Positions 1-11,398 of a stretch of DNA of 64,000 nucleotides are shown here, piece by piece (the first letter of the stretch is position 1; each line of letters begins with the position of its first letter). The position numbers were made by a program, and so were the translations under genes. Origin of the DNA: Octopus vulgaris (taxonomy: Eukaryota); contig OX597818.1 in the NCBI GenBank assembly GCA_951406725.2, positions 98,828,001 through 98,892,000 on the forward strand, in the 5' to 3' direction. The notes beneath the pieces were generated by a model. It was not told the DNA's origin. It worked only from the letters and a program-made list of their open reading frames with translations, and did not search any database.

Positions 1-39
1 GTTTTATATACTTTTAATAATTTTAATAATTGTGGATTT

Positions 40-770
40 ATAACTAGTTCCTTAATGGACATTTAAAGGCGTTACTAGGTCATTTATGAATCTTAACACA
101 ATATTTAGAGCAGTCCATAGGATCTCTCTTGTGTTGTCCACAAAATACAATATATAAACGTACGGGCTATCTATATAGAGAGTAATATCTTCAAATCTGT
201 AGATATCTTCGCTGGTGCATTATAATACTGAAACAAAAAAATATATACACATCAGTAAATTTATTAATTGAATTTGGTACTAAAATATGTATACAAATCG
301 ATGTGTCAGATCTATTTAAGCTCTCAGTAATAGTTATTAACAGCAATACCGTGAACAGACGGTTAAGAGGGTACGATGTTGCAGATGAAATCTCATAACA
401 GGGTTGAAATTAGTCCGACTGATCCCAAGTTTTATGTTCACAAAGATGTAACTATAAGATACTGTGCTGGCTAAAATTCTACAGATACACTCTGTAGTAA
501 ACTATATTAATAGAGGAATACCTGGTTGTAAGATTGTGTGGCAGGGGTGGAAATAAAAACGAAGAATTACAGTAATGACTTTAGATATGTTTTCAAAAGC
601 TCTCGGAAGTGGAAATGTCTGGGCATCTTGAATATTCAAAATATTTGATGGTTATCAAGGGATATATATATATATATACATTCACAGGTAACATCAACCT
701 TTCTTAATCCAGTTCAAAGAGGCAAATAGATTCTTACTGATAGAAATGAATTATTCCAATGAGAACACCA
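40..770 (+). pseudogene. possible highly decayed ANL/acyl-CoA synthetase-like paralog
   Basis: Remnants in the right order and spacing: P-loop-like 'aatggacatttaaaggcgttact' (~55-77), IPGC..AGVEIK (~518-558), FTGNI (~681-695), GK*ILTDRNELF (~721-756). Many stops and frameshifts. Confidence 0.3.
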
Positions 771-859
771 GCATATGACACATCTAAGTACTGCATAACA
801 ATGTTTTTATTATTCGCAAGGATGATTGGTTATTTATAAAATAAAACATTTTAATTCTT

Positions 860-1060
860 GTAGAACACAAAGAGGAGTAAGCTTAAGCCCATGGAGACAG
901 TTAACGAGATCCTTATTTTTAAGGTGATACTTGATGATGCTAGAGTATCTAAATAATATTCCTTATACGCTTGGATTAATAACGAAAAGCGTTTTGATTT
1001 TGTCTCACATGACTGATTCCTCGAAATGCTGAACAAACACAAATTTAACAACACTATGAT
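860..1060 (+). mobile_element. decayed non-LTR reverse transcriptase fragment (Dong/R4-like)
   Basis: Translates to AWINNEKRFDFVSHD*FLEMLN, resembling the RT motif WIDYxKAFDxVxHxW also seen at ~32610. Confidence 0.55.
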
Positions 1061-1546
1061 AAAATATTTTTATAAAAAGCGGTAAAGAAGGGCTAGACAG
1101 TTCCTGCTATGCCTAGGAACATCAATGATCCACGCTTTTGCTTACCTCACAATAATATCTGTTGAGATATTCCAAGCTCTTCTATGCATATTAGATTTTG
1201 CAAGTAAAAAATCCTATTGGAGTTGCATCAGTTTCAGGAAATAATTATTAACCATATTTAAGTTTCTATTTCAACAAATATCATTGCATGGTTTTAATTA
1301 CGTAATCCGAAGTTGATATAAATCTCTTGACTCATTAATTTGTCTTTAATGTTTTAGTGGGGTGGCTAGGTGTTGGCCAAATGTAGCTAAGTTTAAACTT
1401 TCGTATATTTATTTAGTCAGAATTATTGTCTACTCTTGTCCAGTCTTACAACATAGTAGATTTACCTAACAAAGATTCTAAACATAAACTGATAGGTTCC
1501 CAGACGTACCAATGTTTCCATTTCATTTGCTAAGCTCACTTAAATA

Positions 1547-2235
1547 TTGGGTTGGCAACTAAGTTACGGCCGTTTTTTTTTATTTTTGAATTTATTGCGT
1601 TTTTAAACTTTGGAATCTATTTTTTCGAGAATTTTAGTTTTGAATCATTTTGGAATCTATTTTGTTCTCTTTTTTTTCTAGTTAATTTTAGTTAATTATT
1701 GTTTATTTTCAGATTATTAAAATGGAATGTCAAGTTAAAAACGAGTATTTTTCGACACCTTCTTTTTGCTTTGAATCAATGTTCTAAGGCCGCAAAAGCT
1801 GCTCGCGACATTTGTGCAGTGTATGGAGAGGGTGTCATAGCTGAAAGAACCGCTCGTGATTGGTATGCCAAGTTCAAAAATGGAAATTTTGACCTCAAAG
1901 ACGCACCTTGTTCTGGCCGTCCAGTTGAGTTCGATAAAGAGCGATTAAGCCAACTTTTGCACGAAAATTCTCGTCAAACGACAAGGAAACTGGCAAAGAA
2001 AATGGAATGCTCTCACACTGCTATAGAAAAGCATCTTCACTCGATAGGAAAGGTTCAGAAGTATGGAGCATGGGTTCCGCATGTTATAAGTGACAACAAC
2101 AAAAATCAACGAATCACAATCTCCGCTTGTTTGATTGCTCGTCACCGCTCAACTCATGGACACAAGCAACGATTTCTTTACAGAATCGTTATTGGCGACG
2201 AAAAATGGTGCCTGTACATCAATATGGAGCAGCGA
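1547..2235 (+). mobile_element. 3'-truncated mariner transposon
   Basis: TA then TIR-like ttgggttggcaactaag. ATG at 1722 with a 1-nt frameshift. Mariner HTH (AARDICAVYGEG..RTARDWYAKFKNG..SGRP), WVPH linker and IVIGDEKW first catalytic Asp; the rest of the DDD domain is missing. Confidence 0.9.
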
Positions 2236-2454
2236 AGAGTAAATAATCCAATGAAAAGAAGACAAAGAAAATTCCTTAACACATCTTTAATTAAAAGTTA
2301 GAAATATTTCCCTACCATCTTCATTTGCAACGAAATGTTTATGCGAAAATCCTAAATGAAAACTCAAGTAATATTTGCGGTTTTAGACATTGGAAAGACA
2401 CTTCATCAGACTTGCATTAATAGTGTGCTATATATATATAAATATATATATATA

Positions 2455-2650
2455 GTAAATCCCAAAAAAGAACAAACAAAAAAAAAACAATACGTGGACG
2501 TGGCACGTGTAATGTATTAGCAGACACTCAGGAAAGGAAAACGTGATGGTTTAACGTTTCGAGTAGACGCTCTTCTTCGGAAACAGAGAGGAAATCCAAT
2601 AGAAAGGAAGACGAAGGAAGAAAATCGCCAACAATTCACATGTGGCTACA
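2455..2650 (-). mobile_element. Penelope-like terminal-repeat fragment with minimal hammerhead-like fold
   Basis: Minus strand 2549-2584 reads GTTT-CCGAAGA-A-GAG(cgtcta)CTC-GAAACGTT-AAAC. Confidence 0.45.
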
Positions 2651-2657
2651 TTTTGAA

Positions 2658-4610
2658 ATATATTATATAAAAGTCAATGTCTGTTTGTTCGTGTGTTCGT
2701 CTGTTACCTATAGACTCGAAAACTACTGGACCGATCCTAATGAAATTTGGAACAAAAAATCTAAGCCTAGTGAGAAGGGTAATGCCGTATGTTTCATACA
2801 ATTTTGATAAAATTTGAACCATAGGTATTAGAAATAAATTAACAAATATACCCAACATTTCCATTTCTTTGGATGATTCTTATTTCTTTACTGCCCACAA
2901 GTGACTACACTCAGACAAACGGACAGACAAACGGATTAAGTCGATTATATCGACCCCAGTGCATAACTGGTACTTATTTAATCGACCCCGAAAGGATGAA
3001 AGGCAAAGTCGACCTCGGCGGAATTTGAACTCAGAACGTAGCGACAGACGAAATACCGCTAAGCATTTCGCCCGGCGTGCTAACGTTTCTGCCAGCTCGC
3101 CGCCTTATTTTACATTCACAGGTTTAATTGTTCTTCATATCTTTCTTGCCTTACGACAATATCATCTTTGGATGATTCTAAGACCCCCTAATGAATGTTT
3201 AACCTTCAAATTTTAGTAATTTTTCATGGACTAAAATTACTGAATGGATTCTTATGATATTTGGAATTTAGAGTCGATGTATAAGAGAGGGTATAGTGCA
3301 GTATGTTTGGCTTGAATTTTGAGGGGACTTAAAGGGGGAAGAACCCCCCATGAAAATACATAAATATCCGATGTTGATGAAATTTCAACAATAGTAATTG
3401 ATACAAATCAAGATGTATTCTCATGAGGATTCTAAGACTCCCTAATGGGGTGGGGGCTTAACTCCCAAATTTTAGTCACATTTTAATGATCCAAAACAAG
3501 GTCAAAAGTACTGAATGGATCTTTATGAAATTTGGTAATTATATTCTATGCATAAGGGCGGATGTAATGCAGTACATGTTTCAAAGTGAATGGGCATAAA
3601 TAAGACCATAACCCCCATGAAAATTCATATATTTTTACTGTTGATGAAATTTTAACCATAGGTATTAAGCACAAATGAAGTAATATTCCTAAAATTTCAA
3701 CTTCTTAATGGGGGCTTAATCCCCACAATTTATTCATTTTCTCTAAGCCAAGACGAATACGAGTGTAGCCTTGGAAGCTGTAGAGCTACCCGAGGGTACA
3801 AAATGAGCATTATTTGTAATTCAATGGTACAACAGTGTAAGAGTTTGCTTTGAGATATACTTAGATTGTGATTTCTGCAATGTGATACGTAATTTGTCAA
3901 GTAAAGGAGAAGCATCTTTACCTCCACTGATTCAGTTGCAGAGTGTTATTTTGAGTAAAGTTATTTGGTTGCAGACCTCCTTTGAGTCTTTTTATTATCA
4001 CTGGGTCAGAGACAGTCCCCATATGGTAACATTGATTTCAAGACATTTCCAGATAAGTGATTGGTCATTCATAAAGATTTATAGATTGCAAATTTATTCT
4101 GTCCAGTTACCTATCGGCATAGTGATCATTGGCAAACTCCAGAGGTGACACTTTCATTTCTCCTTAGCCCTCACGTCACACAGTTGTTAATGTTTGAGTT
4201 GGGTCACACCCATCCAATTGCTATAGATCGGTAATGCATTTTACGGCTGTGCGGTCACCTGTATGATGAGGAATCCTACATTGTGGAGAGGTAACGACTA
4301 GGGTAGAGTAGTTGATTGCTTATTGTGATCATTCGTCGTTTGTTTGCTCCCTTTTACAAACCCAATGAACATTCAGATATTTCCGATTTCAAAGAAATTT
4401 GAACGATAGATTTAAGGCAAAAGCTAAAAAAGATTCCCAACAATTCAACTTCTTTGACTAACTTTAAGATTCCGTCCCCTAATAGAGGCCTTTACTCCCA
4501 CATTTTAGAGCTCCATGTGCTCCAATTTTCAGGAACAAAAACCTTTGAATAGATTATATAAGATTTGGATTTTGGAATCTGGGCATAAAGTTGAGTAGTA
4601 TGGAATACAC
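2658..4610 (+). mobile_element. non-autonomous Helitron/HINE-like element with internal repeats
   Basis: 5' end 'tattatataaaagtcaatgtctgtttgttcgtgtg...actactggaccgatcctaatgaaatttgg' and repeated gatgaaattt..accataggtatta motifs. A related segment at 18385-18856 ends in a hairpin plus CTAG. Confidence 0.5.
2881..3104 (-). mobile_element. tRNA-derived SINE family A
   Basis: Full-length copy (ggcggcgagctggcagaa...gagttcaaattcc...gtaaagaaata); more than 15 related copies in the window. Confidence 0.9.
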
Positions 4611-5130
4611 TCTCTTTTACTCTTTTACTTGTTTCAGTAATTTGACTGTGGCCATGCTGGAGTACCGCCATTAGTCGAGCAAATCGACACCAGGACTTAT
4701 TCTTTGTAAGCCTAGTACTTATTCTATCTGTCTATTTTGCCGAACCGCTAAGTTACGGGGACGTAAATACACCAGCATCGGTTGTTGGGGGGACAAACAG
4801 ATACACAAACTTATACACACACACACACATACATACATACATACATACACATACATACATACATACATACATACATACATACATACATACATACATACAT
4901 ACATACTTACATACATACATACATACATACATACATGCATACATACATACATACATACATATATATACACATATACGACGGGCTTCTTTCAGTTTCCATC
5001 TACCAAATCCACTCTCAAGGCTTTGGTCGGCCCGAGGCTATAGTTGCAGACATTTGCCCAAGGCGCCATGCAGTGGGACTGAACCCGGAACCATGTGATT
5101 CGTAAGCAAGCTACTTACCACACAGCCACA
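4611..5130 (-). mobile_element. tRNA-derived SINE family C (CORE-like) with internal (TACA)n
   Basis: A/B-box head, CORE-like ccttgggcaa motif, internal microsatellite and (aaaagagt)n tail; multiple copies. Confidence 0.85.
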
Positions 5131-5620
5131 TTCTTTTATTCGTTTCAGCCATGTGACTGTGGTCTTACTGGGTCATTCCTAAATGTGCTTTTTTTTTCAC
5201 CTTGGTTGTTGGCCCACTTGGTGTCTGAGGGAGTTTGAAACTGTTGTCCTCGTTTCTACCTCATGTCGCCCTATTGTATCAACCGGTTTCTTGGATAGGA
5301 GAATGTTCAATTCCTGGCGTTAACGAGCTGTGGGCCTTTGAAAACTAAGCCATTGCAGTTCCAGACTCTGACTTTAAATGGCGTCCAGTTCGGACAAATA
5401 TCACTCGATGCCATAATCAGGTACTAGGCCCTCTAGAATTTTCGATATGTACATTATTACATTATTACTGTGTTTTCGATCTAGGATATAATTCGTTCAG
5501 CTTCTCACTTTTGTTCATCTGCTGCAGTGTTACAATATTTTATATGTATCTATGTATGTATGTATGCATGCATGCATGTATGCACACAGACACATATACG
5601 TGCAACACACACGCACACAT

Positions 5621-5656
<36 letters not shown>

Positions 5657-5779
5657 TTGTATATAATATATATATATATATACACTCGCATGTATATACA
5701 CACATATATATACACCAACACATGTTTGTGTAAGCATATATGAATATATATATATACATATATATATATATACAATACA

Positions 5780-6056
<277 letters not shown>

Positions 6057-6142
6057 ATACATAAACACTTTATATGAATATATACAGATATATTATATGC
6101 ATGTATCTATGTATATAAAAAAAAATGTGCACACACACACAC

Positions 6143-6188
<46 letters not shown>

Positions 6189-6499
6189 ATATATTTACAC
6201 TCAGGTACATACGCATATATATATATATATGGTATTAAACACTTGCTATTGTCAATAATTTTCACAGTTCATTGAAACGCTAACAAAACAAATTAAAGGA
6301 AATGTATTTATTCAGCTTTTGTGCTCATGAATCTTTTAGATTTTAGTGAATAAAATTGTCAAACGTAGTCACAATTACCTGTCACATGCATGTGTTGGTG
6401 TTATCTATGTATTGTATGTGTCTGTGTGTGAGTGTATGTGTGTGTGTCTGTATGTGTACGCACATAAAATTTATGCAATTGATCATGAATGTATGGGAT

Positions 6500-6680
6500 T
6501 AGGCATAAAATAGCTAATTATATTACACATGTAGACAGGTATGAATTGCCAATTAAGTATAAAGAGAGGGCGATAGAGAAAATTAGGAAGTTGAAGCCAC
6601 CCACTTTACACATATCCATTTATTTAAAAAGATTGTTTTCTGGAATGAATTTCACTTTGAACAGAGCGTCTTCGAGTAAC
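6500..6680 (+). promoter_or_regulatory. putative promoter and short non-coding exon 1 of paralog 1
   Basis: Conserved with 21870-22073: gccacccac, TATA-like tatttaaaa, Inr-like tcactt, and ttgaacagagcgtcttc..gtaac followed by donor gtacgt at 6681. Confidence 0.55.
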
Positions 6681-6868
6681 GTACGTACATTTTTTTTTCT
6701 TCTTTAATGCTTCGATATTTCTTTTCGTTTTGTAGAAATTCTTCCAAAATATATGTGCCAAGACAATTAAGTGTAAATAATTTGCTAAATATTTTTTTTT
6801 AAAGACTTTACATTTGATTAGTTGTGTAATTAACGAAAGATTTTTCTTGCTCTCCCATGATATACATT

Positions 6869-6976
<108 letters not shown>

Positions 6977-6978
6977 AA

Positions 6979-7170
6979 GGCGGCGAGATGGAAGAATCGT
7001 TCGGACGCTAGGCAAAATGCTTAGCAGTATAACGTCCGTGCCTGCGTTCTGAGTTCAAATTCCGCTGAGGTTAACTTTGCCTTTCACCCTTTCGGGGTCG
7101 ATGAAATAAGTTCCAGTTACGCACTGGCCCCTCCCACAAACTTCAGGCCTTATGCCAATATTATAAAGGA
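6979..7170 (+). mobile_element. SINE family A
   Basis: Homologous to 2881-3104; follows an (ATT)n array. A second diverged copy lies at ~7293-7490. Confidence 0.85.
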
Positions 7171-7499
7171 TCATTATTATTAATATTTTGCTGCTACTGC
7201 TTTTGTTGTTGTTGTTGTTGTTAGAATGCTTTGCGCTCTTACAGTGCTCTTGTTATTATTATTATTACTATTATTATAATCATCACCATCAAGTCGGTGA
7301 GCTGGCTGAACCGTTAGCACGCCGGGCTAAATTCTTAGTAATATTTCTCCTGTTGCTGCGTTTCGAATTCTGTCGAGGTTAACTTTGCCTTTCATCCTTT
7401 CAAGGTCGATAGATTAAGTACCAGTAAAACACGGGTGTCGATGTAATCGACTTAACCCTTTTCCCAAAACTTTCAGGCTTTGAGCCCATATGATTATTA

Positions 7500-7543
<44 letters not shown>

Positions 7544-8090
7544 GAGTGAGAGAGCAGTGCATGCTACCAAAGTGATACTGGGGTATAATATACGAAGCCC
7601 AGTATACCCATCACGACTACCTGTTTGATAAGAGTACACTAGGCACATGCTTCACAACCACATGTGAGCGATATGGTGATTTCATATCAAGATAAACAGC
7701 GCATGACCTTGCATGTGGGGCCCACTTAGAATTTTCTTCTGGTCAAGTAGCCCATCCCGCTCAAAAGGTCCCTGAATAAGGTTTGTTTAAAGATGATGAA
7801 TGAAACACCCATATTTCCAAGGTTGAATTATCCAAACCCCCAAAGAATCCCACTACATGATGCTCCCCCACTACTTCTGCTCATGATCAGAGATGCACAT
7901 ATCGTCAGCCACTAAGGGACATGCTCAACTGATTAAGGTCAAACAACTGACAAGCAAACCTGTAGTATTGCGCAGAATATTTGCTGTAGCCCATCTTTCA
8001 TACCAAGACAAAACAATGTACATGGTGACACTTCCAATCAGTTAAGATCAGTAGTTATGAGAGCCACTGCCTGGTACTGCATTAGGGCAT
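7544..8090. mobile_element. (AAT)n-associated interspersed repeat family D
   Basis: Copies at 25529-25815, 33925-34250 and 34333-34795, all abutting (AAT)n. Confidence 0.8.
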
Positions 8091-8227
8091 TTATGATTAT
8101 TATTGTTGTTGTTGTTGCTGCTACTGCTGCTGCTGCTACTGCCCCTGTTGTTGTTGTAGTTACCGATAGAAACATAATAAATTTTATACAATAGTAGAAT
8201 CAAGATTTTCATGTTCCTATACTAGTT

Positions 8228-8390
8228 TGATTATATCGACCCCAGTGCGTAACTGGTAGTTAATTTATCGACCCCGAAAGGATGAAAGGCAAAGTCGACC
8301 TCGGTGGAATTTGAACTCAGAACGTAAAGACAGACGAAATACCGTTAAGCATTTCACCCGGCTTGCTAACGTTTCTGCCAGCTTGCCGCC
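8228..8390 (-). mobile_element. SINE family A (partial)
   Basis: Homologous to the other family A copies. Confidence 0.85.
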
Positions 8391-8643
8391 TTATCCTCCA
8401 GCTTTCTCATTCGTTCTCTCCGCTTCTTACATCTCCTACACACACATACACACACTCTATCTCTCTTTCTCTCTCTCTCTCTCTCTTTCTCTCTCACTCT
8501 CTTTCTCTTTGCTTTTGACCCCCTTCTCACTCCCACTATTTCAGTCTCTTTTACTAAATTATTAATGACATTTACTGCCTTCTTCTTTTCAGTAGCTTCT
8601 GACGAATATAATCTGAACAACAAATTATCAAGTATTGAATGAA

Positions 8644-8789
8644 ATGGCGAGTTATTATCACAGAATCAGTAATCGTCCTATGTGCAATGACACTATCCCC
8701 GGTAGACTATATCAGTTCGCTAAAGCTAACCCAAACAAAGAGGCCATTGTTTACTACGACACAAAATTCCAACGAACATCTATAACACG
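8644..8789 (+). CDS. ANL/acyl-CoA synthetase-like paralog 1, coding exon 1
   Basis: Acceptor ttttcag at 8592, in-frame upstream stop, ATG 8644 MASYYHRISNRPMCNDTIPGRL...RTSITR, donor gtaaga at 8790; same length in all three paralogs. Confidence 0.9.
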
Positions 8790-9289
8790 GTAAGAGCTAA
8801 TATTTTTTCTATCAGTTTTGGACGCAAATATTTATCCATTCTTATTAGAAAGACTTAGTGAGTCTTAGATTGGGATTCGTGAGATTGAGGCATTAATTTC
8901 CAAGGTATAGTGACCATTAACATATTTCAATTACGTAATGTTTGTTAGTTATATATATATTCCCCGTTTATTACACAGGGTTTCTGCACAAAGCAGCGGT
9001 GTTGAATGTCATTTCTGGTTAAAAGTGTGTCGTAGCTTAAGCGCTGAGTGCGCAACGTAGGGGTACAATATGTCTGGTCGATATTGTTGCGACCCCCTTC
9101 AGTTATAAATAACCATGGGATTGCATCTAGAATGTTACCTTCCGAGGCACAAGTCTGGGCAAGGTTCCTTATGGAAGACCAGCAGTGGCCCATGCATACT
9201 GGCCTCCCCTGTCCACGCCACCGATGTTATCCAAGAGAAAGGCAAAGGCCGATACAGCTTGGCACCAGTGACGTCGCAGCTCAACGTAC

Positions 9290-9634
9290 AATTGGCTGAG
9301 CACTCCACAGACACGTATACCCTTAACATGCAAGTGGCTGAGCACTCCACAGACACGTGTACCCTTAACGTAGTTCTCGGGGAGATTCAGCTTGACACAG
9401 AGTGTAACAAGGCTGGCCCTTTGAAATACAGGTACAACAGAAACAGGAAGAAAGAGTGAAATAAAGTTGTGGTGAAAGAGCTCAGCGGGGTTCACCACCA
9501 CAACCCCTGCCGGGGCCTCGTGGAGCTTTAGGTGTTTTCGTTTAATAAACACTCACAATGTCCGGTCTGGGAATCGAAACCGCGATCCTACGACCGTGAG
9601 TCCGCTGCCCTAACCACTGGGCCATTGCGCCCCC
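9290..9634 (-). mobile_element. tRNA-derived SINE family B
   Basis: Minus-strand head tggcccagtggttagggcagcggactc...ggtttcgattcc (A/B boxes). Confidence 0.8.
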
Positions 9635-10280
9635 ACTCTGATCGATATGCAACCATTATAATTACACAGTGTTCAGCAACTGTGATTAATCTCGATATTT
9701 CTATCAAGTTTCAAAAAACACTCATAATGTTTATAGAAATAATGCTTGCAGACTTGAAAAGGAATGTTAAATGCGAAACTTATACTTACATGTGCAAGAT
9801 TGATTAGGCTGATTGAAAAAGATTGAGAATATGCATAAAGAGTTCTGGCGACAGGCGAAAAGTGAAGATGTCAGGATTTTGTAATTGATATTAATATAAT
9901 CACATCTGAAATACTTGGAACAGGAAATGGTTTATAATTAAGTAATCAATCTAGACGTAATAAAATATATTGTACATATACTTATAAGCCGTGTCCAAAC
10001 CACATTATATTATCGCTAAATTGATTATTTGATTATGAATTAAATATTTCCTATTTCAAATATATGGGTGAGCTGTTTGATGAGAAGAGTGACATATATT
10101 TTATTTCATTTAAGGGGTCTTTTATTGAATCATAGTTTTTATAGTTAATGCTTTAAAGTGATACTTTGCAAATTTAAATTCTGCTTAAGGAAAATAGAAA
10201 TGAAACACAAAATTCTTCGGGAAACTGCTTATAGTAGTTGCCACACTCGCAGTACGGCCATGATAATGTATATACATACA

Positions 10281-10361
<81 letters not shown>

Positions 10362-10409
10362 ATATATACATATATATATATATATGTATGTATGTATATA
10401 TATACATAC

Positions 10410-10441
<32 letters not shown>

Positions 10442-10515
10442 GTATGTACATACATACATATATATATATATATTATTTATATTATATATATATATAATAT
10501 AATATATAATATATG

Positions 10516-10560
<45 letters not shown>

Positions 10561-10711
10561 GCGTATGTAAATGTATGAATATATATATATATATGCATAT
10601 GTGTATGAAAGCATACATATACATATATATATTTGATATGTGTGTATGTATGTGCATATGTAAGTGCCTGAAAATGTAGAAAGGGAGTATGTGAGACTGT
10701 CTCTGCGTGGG

Positions 10712-10753
<42 letters not shown>

Positions 10754-10964
10754 GTGTGTGTTCGTATATGTGCGTGGGTGATATGTGTGTATGTGTACTA
10801 CGAAGAGTAGATATGTATGGATATGTGTGTCGACAAGACGCTGTGTTTGGTTATGTGTGTTTATGAACGTGTAGGTGTATGTTTACGTGTCAAGTGGATA
10901 AGAAGTTAAAAGAAATGGGGTATGGTAGTCTGTCCATTTTTCGAGAAGAGACAATACGAGGGAA

Positions 10965-11105
10965 GAGCCTGCCCCAATGAAATCGTCTCTACTTACCTTG
11001 ACGCCTTCCTCGTATCCTTGGTTGCTGCTCACCCCTCCCACATACATGAAACCAAACATGCTTTTCACCTCTTCACATCCTCCATCTCCCTCGAACCCTC
11101 CGAAA
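10965..11105 (+). mobile_element. Penelope-like RT fragment
   Basis: ACPNEIVSTYLDAFLVSLVAAHPSHIHETKHA resembles the PLE RT motif CPTExISxYLDxxLxPLVxxLPSxIxDT. Confidence 0.65.
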
Positions 11106-11398
11106 TTTACTGTCAGTTTCTCGTACATGCTTCATAACTAAACTATCGGGAGACTTCCCATTAGGTTTTTTTTTAATCCACACAAAGTCTGCCAATGAAA
11201 GGGGAGAATTTACTGGTAAAAAAGATATTAAGAAAACTATTCGATGCATATTGTTTTACACTACCGAATTATTTCATAGATGAAACGTTTAATACGCTTG
11301 GAGTATATATTTTAATACATATCGTTATTTCTAATGTAGATATCGATTTTCTTACCTTTTTTTAAGTTTATCATTTTCTGGTATATTTTCCTTGGCAG

